Source of the DNA: Ophelia neglecta
Lineage: Eukaryota
Direction: 5' to 3'
Length of the DNA stretch: 64,000 bases
NCBI GenBank assembly: GCA_965285935.1
Contig: OZ260666.1
Span: 68,386,001 to 68,450,000 of the forward strand
Positions 41,871 to 57,058 of this stretch are shown in pieces. Each line of letters opens with the position of its first letter. Positions within the stretch are counted from its first letter, which is position 1. The position numbers and the translations under genes are program-made. The notes under the pieces are model-generated. The model had not been told where the DNA came from. It did not search any database and saw nothing but the letters and a program-made list of their open reading frames with translations.

Positions 41871-44800
41871 CCCTCTCAGGGGGAGACACCAAACACACAC
41901 CTTGGAGACACTCCCTAGGGCTGGACCCAGACGTGGCCAGAGAAGAGGCGTTGGGACCCTAGTTAGCCACTCTGAATCCGATACTACTAATTTACTCTTT
42001 TTGACCAAAGGCTAAATCCGAGTTTTTTTCCACTTCCTGCCGCTGTGCAGTATGGTCAGATTAGTGTGCCAGTCAAATCAGTTTCATGTGGCACCGCGCT
42101 ACGATGGTGTTACAACTTTGATATATTGCTCGCTACATGTCAATAGAGCTAAGATGGGTATAAGGACAATACACGCTCCACGTGTATGGTATTTGCCTGG
42201 TGTCTGATTTCATACAGGACTTGGGATTTATTACAACCTTGGATCTGTAAAGGCAAAGGGTAAAGTAGCCTCTTCATATTCACTGTCTTTTTATTTTTCT
42301 TCATCAAGCGGAGATACTGTCAATGGAGGTCGGTTCAATGGGGAGGAAATGACAGCCGATCGTTTCGGTTTATGTTACAATCTAATGACCAAATATTAGG
42401 GGATGTTTTTTCGCCCGATTTCCGTCCCTTTCTTTGTCAAACTGGCTTACAAGGCGCAATATGATATTTACTTCACCTCTGCTCTCCCCCGGATGATTAT
42501 AATATGATCAAAAGTTGTGTTTTCTGATACAGACGTTAGTCCGTTCGGTTCTTTCTTTAGCATGTCAATGGCCTGCCCGTCCCCCAGATTGCCGGCCCCC
42601 TAATGCCGAGAGTCGTATTCCCTATTACAGACGCACGGCCGTATCTTGGTATTCTGGGATGGTTATTAAGGGCTTCCGGTGGCAGAATCTGTCCATCTGT
42701 TCCTACGTTCTACCAGCTGACGAAACTTCTTATGACGGGCGCAATAATTGAGTGCAAATCACGGTTGTCAGTTCGATTTTCCATTCCCGACCCGATATAC
42801 ATGTAAATTGGAACGGGCGAGGCCGGCCTCCAAATTGCCCGACTTGATATCATGGACTAGGGTAATTATATGCACTAGCGGCCTAATTAATTCACCACCA
42901 GCCCGAGGCCTCTATTCTCATCTTTATTGTAAAATTAATATCTTGTCACGTTGTTAGCGGGCGGGTTCTGCGGTGTAATTTGCCCCGTGAAAGTTCTTGG
43001 TCTTCGCTGCCGCAGGCATGGCGGCACATCAAAGACGGTGGTAGATAGCGGTATTTTCCTAAGAATTCGCTGTCCCTCCTTAGATTTACTGTAGATAAAA
43101 GCCAAGACCTAACCCTTGCTATGGCCGCCTCAGAACCAGCAGCCAATTCTCCCCGTCCCTATATTGATGCAGTCCCCAACGAGGTTTTGATCTGTGCCAT
43201 TTTTCGGTTGAGCGGCAGAGAATGTACGACACTTATGCAGTCAGTGGGCATGAGATGAGAACACAAGTCTAGAGTAATCTAAGCTCATTGTCAAGTCACC
43301 CTTAAAACGGGGCAGAAGCTCCGCGGAATACGTATATAGATAGTTAATATGGAGCAATATCAGGCCAAAAGAAGATGTGTCGTCTGCCAAGTGACCTTTG
43401 ACATTAAAAGAGACGCTGGCGATTATATTATCGCCTGATTTCAAAGGCGGTGATAATATTTGTGGACAAAACACTCCTAAAATGACATCCAGCTACCTCG
43501 GTCACTAGCAGCGAAAAGTTTAATTGGCCAAACGATCAGCGATCGGTGAGGCGGGAAAATTGTGGGCAGCAGACGACATTTAACACTACGGACCTGTTGA
43601 CTTAAAACAATTGACGGACGCCTCAGTGTTTACGGATTTAATCAAAACCAGCGCCATTTTAGAGTCTTAGAGTATCGTATTCTACCGTCAACAGGTTCAG
43701 GTGACACCGGGGAGAAACTCGACGAGATCCCTCGAGGCGATAAACGAGAAATTGACAGGAAAGTTTATAATGTGTATGTCTTAGAGAAACTCACAGGCAA
43801 ATTGACTTGTATCTAGTATCTAAAAGGAACTTAATGAGAATATACTGCTGGCACATCAGTGAGTTTCATGTCGTTCAGACCTTGGATATAGTTTAGGACG
43901 CTTGCGTTTCACATGAATATATCCACAGTAAGTCGTTTATATTTTATTTGACAGCTCTTTTCGGGAGTTGTTGCACCTGTAACGCTAGCTGTAGGATCCC
44001 GCTGGGTGATTGCAGTTATAAACATTTGATAGCGGAATCACAGCGGTATAATGTATACAATCAGTACGTAGTTATACATATAAGTCGGGCTGAGTGTTAA
44101 TTTATTAGCCGGAGTTTAAACATACTGAACACGTGTTTCGCGTAAATCAGAAACTCTTCATCCGGGTCACTGCTTTCGTAAAAGCCAGCTGCATTGGGGT
44201 GGTTGTGCGCATGTCAGGGTCTGGACTGTCGTGACAGTTTCCCTGTGATTAATCACTAGAAACTACGAGGGTCACCCATTTTGTCAGCGGCCCTTCGCGA
44301 CATTTGACAAAGACGAGCATTCAGTCAGCGGTTCCCCGCTTTTGGTTACAATCTAGTAATATGTATTTTGTATATGACTAATTGGCCAGCTCATGACATG
44401 ACTAAATGATATAATTGAGGTCGGACCACTGATGTATAATACTATAAGCGGTCGTTTTTGATGGAACCAGACCCCTTTAAATATAGGTACAACATAACCA
44501 ATACAGTGTTCATACCACTAGACCAATGATAGGTTTATGTCTTTACCAGAAGATTGATTATAAATGATATCATTAAGGCCCAACTGGTACAGGTCTAATG
44601 TTGATTTTTTCTAATGTTTATTGTTTTGGGCTTAAAAAGTAAGTTCTCAAAAAACACTTTAATTCAATATAGCTCAGATTGATCAAAACAAAATTTAATG
44701 TTGACATCTTTAGCCTCACTTTATTCCGGCAATGGGCGCCTGTTGACTGTGGACCTTGAATTTCAAATTACCACTAAAACGCGCACAATTGCCCCCAATT

Positions 44801-47800
44801 ACGAATAAACCGCGAGTGCAAAAACAACATGCAAACCCGCAAAAACCGTTGCAGTCGGACAGACTATTGTTCAAGAATTATCTTTGAATGAACTGCCGTT
44901 TATTTTTCTCGCTCAATACTTGTTTTCCGCGACAAAAGATGGCCGACTTTTGTGCGATTAAAACTAATTGAGAACAATTGTCTATAATAGTTTTGGAGTT
45001 AGTCGCCGACGGTGAAAGTGCTAATATTCTTTAATGCATCTACACTAAAGCAATTTTCTACCATATTCCCCCCATTAACTGAAAGTTAATTCTCCAACTG
45101 GAAGCATTGCCTTCTGTTTACATAGCGCGGGTAATTATGGGTAATTTGGTGATGAGAGAACAATGGCGGTAAACTTGCAGACGATTATGGTGTCTAGTTA
45201 GCCGTAAAATCCCCACAACGCGGCATATTTAAACTGACTCGGACAGTTTAAGTCAGAATACATACTGTCTTCGACCCCGGAGGATTGTTTGACAGATGCT
45301 TACATATATATATCTATCTATAATCAGTAAGTCTGATCTTAAATTTATACAAGCAGTGTATCGGAGATACTTCATGCAAACTACAGCCTAGACCTATGTG
45401 TCATCTTGCATGTGCTGACATCAATTTGGATTTAAAGCATTTTAAGGAAAGTTTAGCCACATATGTGGTGTTGACAGAGACATGTTGGAACTTGGAACTT
45501 CCCTACTCAAATAGCATCTTATTTAGGTGGGTTCATTTAATTATTCATAGTTTCTTCTCACTTTTAATTAATAATATTTGTGCGATTCGTATATCAAAAA
45601 CATTGATATAAGCATATCAGCTAGACAGGATAGCCTGTGTCCGAAGCGATAAAGACCAAACACATTCTGGACACAAAGATTCCCTAATTCAGACATGACC
45701 AAACAGCAGGAGAAAAATATGAAAACCGTCCGAAGTGTACTTCATTGTAGTGAACAAGTTTATATCGGCGAGAGAGGCTCTTTATACTCTCCAAACAGTG
45801 TCAAAACTGAGGTAGTGTCCGCTGTAGCCGTTTATTTGAGATGCACTTGTAGAGGCCGTGCACCCTTATGCCGTTCTTCATCTAACGTTGAAGCATCATC
45901 CGAGCCCCTATTATGTTTAAATCACCCTTTACGTGTTTCAATCTTCACATAGTTTACTTAAGATCTTGAATCGGCTTGGGTGAAGTAGCCCGGGAGATGG
46001 GCCGGTCATTGTGAAGTTAATTTGAGTCAGATCTGGCTATTATTCCGACTTTTCATTCACATTTCTCAATTGTCTGGTTCTCCGTCTAGTTTACTTTGGG
46101 AGTCTATTCGACAGACGAACATTTGGGTCTCTTAACATCATAGTCAGTTGTTGGATTCTTGCGGTGACTGTTTGGGTGAATCACTAAAGATATGAGCCAC
46201 TTCAACTGCATTTCTATTAGAGTTCCAATGCATGTCTGCCTGGCAATTATTTCACACAAATGGAATCACAAAATATGGATTGATTCACAACTCCTAAAAC
46301 TTACAAAAATTGGCTTGATTTTTCTTCAAACTAATTTAGATGCCCTGAGGTTCCATGTCGACAATATTCCCTAATAAGCAGTATAGAGATTCCCCTTTTA
46401 TGACCTGACAATGCATCTTCACGGGTTTCATTTGTAATTAGCGTATTTTGATCCTGTCGAGTTATTCGTGTTGATGTATCTGATTGATCTACAGGTCTTC
46501 AAGGTTACAACAGATGGCAGGTCGGCGTTTCAGCGACCTTTGACCTCAAATGATGTGAACTGTCGTATGGTTTCCAACCAACACGCCTAGTTTTTTATTT
46601 TACCTTCTTGTTGGCATTTTCAATTACCCGATTCTCATTTGTACAATGTTTGTAGCTTGATAAGCGACGTTTACTAAAAAGAACTATCTCTTAAAAGCTA
46701 TTCACCGAAAAAAAACACGTTAGCGGGCCCTAATGCGGTGTGTTGTCTAGTCCCATCTGACATGTATGACGGCCCCACAACAAGTCTACGGCTTCCTCAC
46801 ACAAATAAATTTAAATTGTGTTAATTTTCTTGTGGCAAATATTGCGGGTGTCTTCAGTGGGTCTTTGAAATGACACTCGGGTTTGATGGTTCCCGGGAGA
46901 ATTACGCCCTGACGGCTCACTGTTTGAATCCAATGGGGCGATTGTCGTCTGGGTCGGCCCCCTCAAAACTGAATAGGCCCTTACTTCTATTGCAAAGCTA
47001 GCATAATACCTATAGGTGAAAATAGATTTAAATGCTGGAATAGATTCGTTTGGTCTTTATTCTGTCAGAAGACGATTCCCTCTGGAGTGGCGGGCGCTTT
47101 AAAACTGATCATTTGCCCTACAGTCTATTGGTAGAATTCACTAATGTAGAATTAAAGATGTATTTTATGTTGATGTAGACAGCAGAGTGAACAGACATGG
47201 CTGTGTACTTTCCAAGCTTTGAATTTCCCCCATTCAATTTATATTCATCGGCTCTTCTGATAGATGCTTGAGAATGTTTTTATATTGAAAGACTCTTTCT
47301 TCGGCGAGGAAAGGTAAACCCCATATTGGTGAGGATATAAACGTTGATTCTTTTATTCGCCGGTGAAAAAGAGTTGCCATTGAAAAGCTTGCTATTGAAA
47401 TATTGTTAACAATACAACTCGAGACTGTACTATACACGGTTTGCTCTACTGTGTTGATTGCATGTTAAATGAGGAGATTGTATTCCAAAAGTTGATACCC
47501 TGTATTTTTCACAGTCTGTGGGATGCAGTCTTTGCCGGACGCGGTCACGGCCCTACGTAGGTGCGATCTAGTTGTATGTACCAGATCCTGAGATACTTTG
47601 TGTAAAATAATACGGATAAATCAGATCCATGTCGGCTGAGATTTACCTTAATGGGGCCATTGAAACATCGTGTTGTTCTTTGTAATTCACGACTATTAAC
47701 AACAAGTTGTTGTTAAATGTCGAATGGGCACTATTTCTTGTCAAGGATTTGTTTATTGCGGTAAATTGCCGTTTGGTACGTGAATACTATCGCTCTTGAT

Positions 47801-49104
47801 ATTACAAGCTAAGCCTATTTACCGGACTTCGAGTTTAGCCGTAAACTTAAGTAGGGATTTCCACTGTGGTTTTCATACTTACTTATGCATTATTGGACTA
47901 CAAGAGCGTTGCGTTTTGTATTATTGTTTAGTTAACATATGCCAGCCACTGTTTTTCATTGTAGGCATGCGTAATATTTTAAAACAACATATATGTACAC
48001 TTTGTGGTAGTTACTGATCAAGTGCATGTAGCCAAAACGACAACAGGGTTCTAAAATTGAACAGAAACAAATGAGGCAGATTTTTCCACATTTTGATGCA
48101 ATATTTCCCGATGACCTGTGAATAGTTCTCATCATTCTAACTCAATGACCCTAAGAATCCGCGGTAGTGTGCCCTTTCGAAATATTTTCAATACAATTTA
48201 GTGTCACCGGTTAACCCTATTGTTCCGTGATCAGCGCCTATTTTTATTAACCCGTTGCCTTGCACTGTCCCGTTTTATAACAATGGGCATTTACACTAAT
48301 CTTCTCGTAGCAAAAACACTAAATGGCGCGAATTAACAAAAATGTCGTCTGTATTTGGTGTAAATTGTCGTCTGCTTCACCAACTGCCGTGATAAAACCG
48401 CTGTTTGGGAGGAAGCTTTGGGGGAAGTGTTATCGAGGTTTGAGGCGGTTTTTCCGATTGTTGCCCCCTCCCCCAGCCCGTGGCTATCTCCGTCACCTGC
48501 CTGTCAACCCCAGTTCTATGGTCGCCCGTTAATCTACTCCTCCGAACAATTATTCGCGTTCATTTCACCATGAAAATTGGCCGTCAGGATTAAGCCCAGT
48601 TCAAACGCCTCGTACTCCTGACAGAGGTGTCACAATGCAATTAGCATGGGACCTGGATCAGAATTTAAACTAGTATGTGTCGAGGCCTAATTACAAGTAC
48701 ACGAATATCAGTTTAAACTATGAAAACTCATAGCCTAAACTGTGCGAATATGGACATATATAGGGCTTGCTTCTGAACACGGTACAATGAATCTTGTTTA
48801 GGTTTGTTTTTAAATGTTTGGGGCACAAAAGCTTCTTTGGCCAAATTCGCCAAAATCCATTAGTAGACATATTTTTTCTATGCCTAAGTTGTTTTTTCTA
48901 AAAAGAGCACAATAAATGACAAAACTCGGGTCCATTCTTTGAATCCAGGCTCACCATCGAATATTTAATGTGAGAAGGTAATAGGTCCAGAGCAAATTGA
49001 AGTCTGCTTGTCATAGCATTAAGCAGTGCTACTTTCCCAACTTGTCATTTATATCCACAAGCAGTGACACGGTCGCCGAGCAGTGCCGAGCGATTTGAAA
49101 AGAG

Positions 49105-49280
49105 CGGCGCTGATTGGCCTGTTCCTGCCCTACGTCACGGCCTTCCAGCCAATGTGCGTGGATCTATGTGCCAGGCGAGCTGTGGAGGAGGTGAGTGATT
49201 GTGCGAGGTGAAGACACTCACCGCCGTATATCGAATTCCATTCTGCCATAGGACGGGCGTGAAGGTGACAGACGACAATT
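49105..49280 (+). promoter_or_regulatory. Promoter-like module with an adjacent strong splice donor
   Basis: CTGATTGGC (49110), TACGTCA (49131), AGCCAAT (49147), GAG|GTGAGT (49191) and CAGACGACAATT (49269). Confidence 0.45.
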
Positions 49281-51171
49281 ACTGCAGCAAAGGACAGTTT
49301 TACTGCAAAAGCAGATGATATTTGACATTCCTGCGCTCTTGTCCGCCTAAGTTGTGCACGCTGAGACTGCCTCCAATGTCACCGCCCTGGAACGCTGCAG
49401 GAAATCACATCTGACGGATCTTTGCTCCGTCTTCCGCCTGGAAGGAGGCGATAAATAAGTGTTTAGGACTCCGGGACCCTGGCTTTGTGCTCTGCAGTTG
49501 ATCCGTGCGCAAGATGGGATTTCGCTGATAGAATGAAAGCTGTGGCCGTCCCTCGGAATAGGTCGGCGTTAGGAGAATAGAAGACGCTCCATTGGTAAAA
49601 TTCTCACTAATTATATCCTATTTCCATATCGCAGCCGACACTGTGGCGGGCGGGACTCGCGAGAATTGTGTTTAGGGCGTTTATCACGCTCCATTGGAGG
49701 CGTATCGATACCACGCTCGATGGAGTCGGTGTTAGGATAAAAAGATCAATCCGAAAAGAGGTCGGGGCTCGGAAAGTCGGGCGGCAAAATGGAGCGATTT
49801 ACCCACGCCTCATTTAGTCTATGGTCCTGATATGTTGGCTAGTCCCGAGCAGTCTCGTCTGCTATCCAATGGAACATTTTGTCGTCTGGTTCTATTGCTG
49901 GTATTGGCTTGAGTGACAATTTTATTCTTATTATTGTTAATACGATAGTATAATTATCAGATTATTTTCCGATTGGAAGGTTTGGATTTCCAACTTCTAT
50001 TGAGGGTGATATTTGACGAACAGTGGCGGTGCTCGCTTGACATTCATGTCCTCCGTGTTTCGGATGTTTTAGTCTCCAAACTGCGACAAAAGTAGTCCCA
50101 CACCTGTTTTAATGTCCTACCAGATTTCTCCTCAGCCGTCCTGCGAACCAAAGTTTTATATTGTGGTAAATATTGACTCATCATTCGGCCATATTTGTAA
50201 TTCCTATATTTCGGCGATGCCCACAATAGTACACTGACTCCCACAGCGGCTTGGGAAGCAATCATTTTACATATTTTTCGCCAGCCCTCGACTCTAGTCC
50301 ATATTTTACTGGAAATCAATAGCTTGGTGTAGTGGCTGGCAGTAAATTCCTGTAGAAATGGCCATTTTGTCTGATCTTCGACTGCCAACAGCGGTTTGGT
50401 TGGGCAGCGGTCGCCCTAAATAAGGCCTAGAGGTCCAGGAGCTGCCAGTCAACCCAGCCGAGCTTGGCTCGGCTCCGAGGAAACGCGCCATTCACTCAAC
50501 TTAACCTTATTTTCGAATAAGTACGATTTATTTAGGTCTAAAGACTGAGAGCGTGTAACACACAAAATTGCATTCAACGCATTGGCAACGCATCGCATTT
50601 CTATCATTTTACCATCTCAATTTATCATGAAATACATTTAACAAGATTTTTGACCGATAATAAGATTTAATACCATTCTCCTCGGATTCATTCGTAACAA
50701 TCGGGAAGAATTTATATTTTTAAAGACCGTTGGTCAAGAAGGGTTAAATGCCATTGTCTCCTGAATGTTTAACTCAGCGACTGGCCAGGTTTGGTAGCCA
50801 GGGGAAATTTAACTGCGTCATTTTCTGCAATTCATGACAAAACCTTAATTTATAGCATATTAAAGACATTTAGCTTGAATACTAATCCAAGAGAGGTCGA
50901 CGCTGTCTTAACATTGTACTTGAACACACGTAAGTGCAACAAAGACTTCATTTTTTTGGCTTTCTCAGCAGACGATAAAACATCACTTGCAGACGTGCCA
51001 GCACACGGACATCGCGCCGTAGGACGCCGAGAAGCCGAGCTTTTAGCAGGCGACTGCCCGTGGCTCGTCATGAACGCTTGTCGGCTGGTGTCCGCTTTAA
51101 TACCAGTTTGTGTCATCTTCTGATGTACAGAAACATGGCAGTTCTATATCCCTATGTCGAAAATATGGGTC

Positions 51172-51211
51172 TATATATATATAGATCTATACATAATTAT
51201 ATATATATATA
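51172..51211. repeat. Interrupted (TA)n microsatellite
   Basis: TATATATATATAGATCTATACATAATTATATATATATATA. Confidence 0.85.
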
Positions 51212-54200
51212 CTATAGCGATGACCGTACTCTTGAGCATAAAGAGAATAAAAATCGCTTAATCGCAGTATCAGGCTTGTTCTAGAGGCAATGGACATTTC
51301 CCAGATCTTCTCGGATATGTGGAGGTTGTGTTGTGTTCACATTTCCTTTTGCCTGCATTTTGAAATTCGCATAGCGCAAGTGTATGATTTTAATTACGAG
51401 TACGTCATACTGATAAACACAGAGGAATGTATCAATTTTTATATTGGACTTTGTTTCCTTTGCTTTCAAGGCGAGGGTGAACCCACTCACATACGACCGT
51501 AACCGAGAAACCTTCTAATGGTGCAGATTTTTAAGGGGCGGGGGGAGAGGATAAAGCCAGTCGCCTTTTTAGCACAATTATAAGATTATTAAATTTCTCA
51601 GTTGAAGCTTTGTGAAAATGGATGGCAGAACTGACCACCCTCACCCCCTCCACATTGGCGACTGTTTCTATTACTTTGCTAAAAAAAAAGACACCGAATA
51701 TTGAACTCTTTTTCTTTGATTGCAGGTACGAAGACATTTGGAGTCGGGAAAAGCGTTTTTCCGTGAAATACCTTCGCTGGTTGATCTCAGATATGATCCG
51801 GTGTTGACTGTGGGCGCGGCTCTGTGCATTCCTTGGCGTGAGACGAGCTAGACACCCTTTTATCGCTCACTGCCCCCCGGGACTCGGTGGATATACGCAC
51901 TCGCTATTTACAACTCAATTTCCCTGCAAGTTACGTGGTGAAATTCTGGTGTAAATTCACGGTACAATCATGCCCACTAAAGGTAGGTTCATATTTCTTT
52001 GTATGACTGATACAAACTGTTTTATGGGCTGTCAGGGTCAGAAGGAGGGCATGGGAGGGCGTCCGCTCATATGAGGGGGGTGGGGTGCATCAGAAATCCT
52101 GGAGGGGCTCTCTGGAGTACATTTTACCCCCCCCCCCCCCCACACACACAAACAAATACATACTCCCTATAGCCGTCAATGTTTTCTTTTTTATCGTTTC
52201 CTTCGTTCTAATAAGGCAGAAAACTTTAAATGTTCTATAGTAAAAACTGGCTATATGTCTGTAGTTCCAAAATATTAGATTTAGTATAGATACTGAGGTT
52301 ATTACCTGCATAAAACGATTTAATAGGTAAGTCCGGTATCAAACAATCTAACCTGTCCGTTAATATACTTACGTGTTTAAGTTTATAAGTCCCAACAGGG
52401 TGGGCGATATCATATAAAGTGGTGTCAAATGCCTTTTAATAAATCAAGACACCATTTCTCTACCAAACTGACATGATACAACCCTGAAATGTATCTTAGC
52501 AATCTTCTAGCTGTGTTCTACAGCCCATTGACCAGTCATTCAATTCTCTTTGCTATTATTCGGTCGGCCATTTACCAAGCGAGTTACTGTATTTTATTGA
52601 ATTGCAGCTTAGTGCTGTTTAGTGCCTGGCTTTTGTGTCGACACTTTCATGTCTGTTTATCAAATAGCCACCCGGTAGAGATTACATCCTTGAGTCGGTA
52701 ACGATTATTGCTTCAGTTAGGCTCTAGATACTTGGTGTTTCTGTTCGCGCGAATTTAAGTTCGCACTCCACTTAATCAACTCCGATTCCAGGGCAAGTAT
52801 TTCATGAAAATATTGCGGTTGGACCAGATTTGCGTTCTAATTTGGAGAGGAACCCGCCACTGCGCTGTTTTCAATATTTACTAATTAGTTTTGACGTGGG
52901 CGGGCTATTAATAAGGCTGTGTTCATTACTTAATAAGGTTCTCAGAAAGACATTTTGGGCCTTTTGTCTTCGGCCAGGCCAAATCCCTCCCCTGAGCACA
53001 TGGCTGGCAATTTTACACTGATATTGTTATTACAGTAAAGTATCCCCTTGCAAAGCGATTCAGAAAGGGGCAGTTGCCTCAAATTTCAAGACCATTTCGA
53101 CAGCAGAAAAGTGTAGAAAAACGTTCTGTTAAAAATAAGCTAAACTGTTTTTAACAACCTACAAGGCACTTAACCACACTCCCAAGGAAGTCCATATTAT
53201 GTGCAAAGTAAGATTTTAGATAAACATATACATAATATTTATCATTTTCCCGGAGTACAAAGTGTTAATACAGTTTGTAAGTATTTTGCAAACTGGGGAA
53301 ATTAATGATCGATTTAAACGTCAACAGCTATCAAGCAGTGCAAAAATTGATATAGCTAATGTCGTCTGCTAAATCAGCAAAACAGCAATTTTGTATCTAT
53401 TGCTAAAGACCATAAAAACCGCAGATGATTGATTTAATCAAAATAATTCACTGATATCATGTGTAGCATGTATTAGCTGGCTCGGGGGTGAACATTTCAT
53501 GATCCACACCCGGGATACACATCTGGATTTTTCATTGTTGCGGTGTCCCTACGACAAGAACACCAAGCAACAAAGAAAGGGTTTCACTATAACACAAATC
53601 ACATTGTTATTTGTACATTTCTGTCCACCATTGTATTAATATCAGCCGCGTGACCCCTACCCAGCGTCAGGGTGTATCAGGTAATAATCAAAGACATAAT
53701 ATCGACAAATTCTCCCGCTGTGCCCAGGTTTCCCACCATTAGAAGCCGTATCTGACCGAGCCGATTCCCAGCCGATGTCAGTCTTTGATCTGTGCACGCC
53801 GTTTGTGACCGAGTTAGTCAGAAAGCGGTGAGATTAGCGAGGTAAATCGCTACATTGTCACTGTAATGGCGGCAATCAGTGACACGGAAGTGATTAAAGT
53901 GATATGCCTCTCTCATTGGTATTTGTCATGCATGTACAGGGATAACCGGAAGTACAAGAAACGCTGGTTTAGTACGAATGTTGGCCAATGTTGAAATATC
54001 AATTGACGCAAAATGGAAACAAAAACATTGCAGCGACTAGTATTATAGGCCAAGTAGGCATGCTAGACATGATCACATACTGAGCATGGCGTGATCCTGC
54101 CAGTCAGCTGTTCCCAAGAACAATGTCTGTGAAAGTATCATCACCTTTACTCAGATGCTTCCTTGGGTCAATATATGTTATTGATTTCTGTCATCCAACC

Positions 54201-57058
54201 TTATAATTCACCAGATAATAAAGAACAGACACCATTTATATCTGTTGACTGGAAGTATTGCCATCCAGTTCATCTTAGTTATCATGACCACTAAAGATCA
54301 GAGCCCTGGAAAGATGGCGTGGAATATCCATGGAATGGTTTTCTGCCAGTAAAGATGTCACTAAAAAAAGAAACAGTAACTTGCCAGTATTTTAAGGTCT
54401 GGACATGACAGAATCTTTATAAGTTATCCTTACAATCAAAGAGCAATAGAACAAGGATATTTACTGTAATCCCCGTTTCCAGACCCCATAATTTACCCAT
54501 GTCCCCGACCCGCCTAAGTCGCCATAATTATCACGTTTCTATCGCCGTTTAGCTAACCACTCGTTTGGGAGGAATTTATTTAAATGTTCTCTGAATTGCT
54601 GACAAAACTGTTTGTCGCTTGGGAACAATTGCCATTGAGTCGATATTGTCATGGGACTTAAAGCTCTATTGCTTATCACAATTCCCGTATCTTCAGAGCC
54701 TCTCCTGCGTCCTATTTCTGCGCAGACCGTGGCCAAGTGAAGCCCTACTGCGCCGCGTCCGCCAGACTTCCTGTGTCCCATAGGAAATGATTGGAAATGA
54801 AAATCATGGTTGCCTTTATTAGGTGAAATATTGCATCTTGATACACCGTGGTGTTATTGCCCTGCATGGTGCGGCCATCATGGCCTAGATGCATATCTGA
54901 CGAGAATTGCCGGACATATTATCACACGATGCCCTCCCGAGACCCTTTTCTACCAGCAAAGCCCAGTGGTTCTCTACTGGAGGAATTGCCTTCACAGGTC
55001 TTATTTTGGTTCGGCTAAAGATCTAAGAGCTCTAGTGGGTATCACTTTAATACCTTAATTTGATAACTGTTTAAATAACAACAAAGAATCATAAGATAAT
55101 TACGTACATATGGACAGGACAATAAATAATGATTTATTCAGCAGAGAGCCATTTTATTTGAACAAAAATATGCCAGGAGCCCTGACCATAATTCCCACCA
55201 AATACCCAAAAGGTTATACAGTGTGTTGCCAAGTACTTCCACGTAGCAGACGTATACATTATCAGCTCCATGATGATATATCTAAGTTAGAAGAGCCGTA
55301 GATGCCTGCTGCCTTTTTAACATGGCAGTTTGCCCTGGCCTCCATGTTGTATCCAGGCTCTGACAAGCCGGCCTGTCAACCTCCCGGGCCTTCCGGCTTG
55401 TAGGTGAAACTAGGGGTCTTGTAGCTCGAAAATGAGCCTGGCTGCTGAATTAAGAGCAGCCTGAGTGTGGGAAACCGATCAGCATCATATGGGTGAGAAG
55501 GGGAGGGGGGGGAGCATGTATGTGTCCCTCTTCGGCTAGATACTACTGTATTTCTTTGCTATTCGGGATTACAATCATTGGAATTACAAGCATCGGCTGG
55601 ATGTAGACATATAAAGCAAGCACTTAAAAAACTCCTCTCAAAGTCTAGGGAATGAAAGCAGTGCCTCTGCTGAAATGACCAACAAATCTCAAATAGAGTC
55701 CCCCCCCCCCCCCTCGGGAAAGTGGCGCAGACAACAAGCCCGGGAGTTGAAGAAGGCCTTTTTAATATGCCCGCCGCGCCTCGACCCCGATCCCGGGATT
55801 GCTCGGCCTCTGATGTCCTACCAATCATACATTTTAATTTGCTGCCGAGCTAAGCCCTCGCTAATTATGTGTAAATCTCCCTAAAACCTTGCTAAGGCTT
55901 CCTTAATACCACCCACCGACTAGCGTCTTCCCGCGCTAAGCCTCAGTCGTCTGCTCTACCTTATCACCATGTTTTTCTTTATTGCTTTTACAAATAGTCG
56001 GCTGTTCGCCTGCCAGTGTTTTAAATAGCGATTGTTTTTGCCGGTCGGAGAGCTGGAGTGGCCCGGATGTCATCTAACAGAGCATCAGTAGACGCGGCCT
56101 TTTGGCTGGACGCGGTCAAAATATCATGAATTTTTATTGGCAGCCATGCTCCATCTTGGTTGGCAATCGTAGCAATTTGTTCCGAGGTTGTTGCAATCTA
56201 GATAGGGTGTATAATGTTGACACCACATGCCGTAATATTCGTAATATCGGGTACTGATTAGACCTGTTATGCCCCGATCACCGCCTGCTTGTTTGCACCA
56301 ATAACCTTTCACTTCCTGCTGCGTTCTTATGAAAATAAACAAGATTATGGGTTCGTTGCTCTGACAGCGTTTTCATTAGATGTTGTCTAGCTTTGTATCT
56401 ACACATAAAACAAGCGATCTCGGCCGTTTTGTTTGATACACATGTATCCAAACACTTTGTTATGTTCTTGCGCCAAGTAGGCCAGAGAAACTCAAATATC
56501 GACTTGAACCGGCGCTATCTCGATCCCCTAGCCCCCATGTGCCAATTATCGCTCTTAGCAGCTCCTTGCTTTCTTTATTGGTAATCGAAAGCAGCTTTAA
56601 CCAGCAAAGAAAGTAGCGGATTTCATTCCAAACCTTTGATTCCCACCACAAAAAATGTTTTAGAAACTTCAAAAAAGTGGCAAGAAACAGCTGTAGGAAT
56701 GTTGTATTGTTTTCATATGGTATCTGCTTTCTCGTTACTCTCGTCTCCGATATCGTGAGATTTTACACGAGATTACTTTTGGCCACCTCATAGCTGTTAT
56801 ATTACAATCACAATAAAATCCTCTTGAAATTCTTGTAAGCTTCAAACATATAACATATCACTAGCCGTAGTTTTGTTCCCCTAAACACAGTTTTTCAGCA
56901 ACAATATAATAGTATCATTCTCAGCCCGGCAATGCTTTATTTGCACTTCTTGTTTTTCCCTATTGTATTTTCCAAAGCGACAAAGCGTAAATTTCACGGG
57001 CCGTGATCGCTCCTTTGTTGTGTTTGTAAATCGCCATCTAATTGGGCCTCACTGGGCG

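Noticed and set aside
47121-47142. miR-183/263-like TGGTAGAATTCACT
   Set aside because: The seed region does not match and there is no hairpin.
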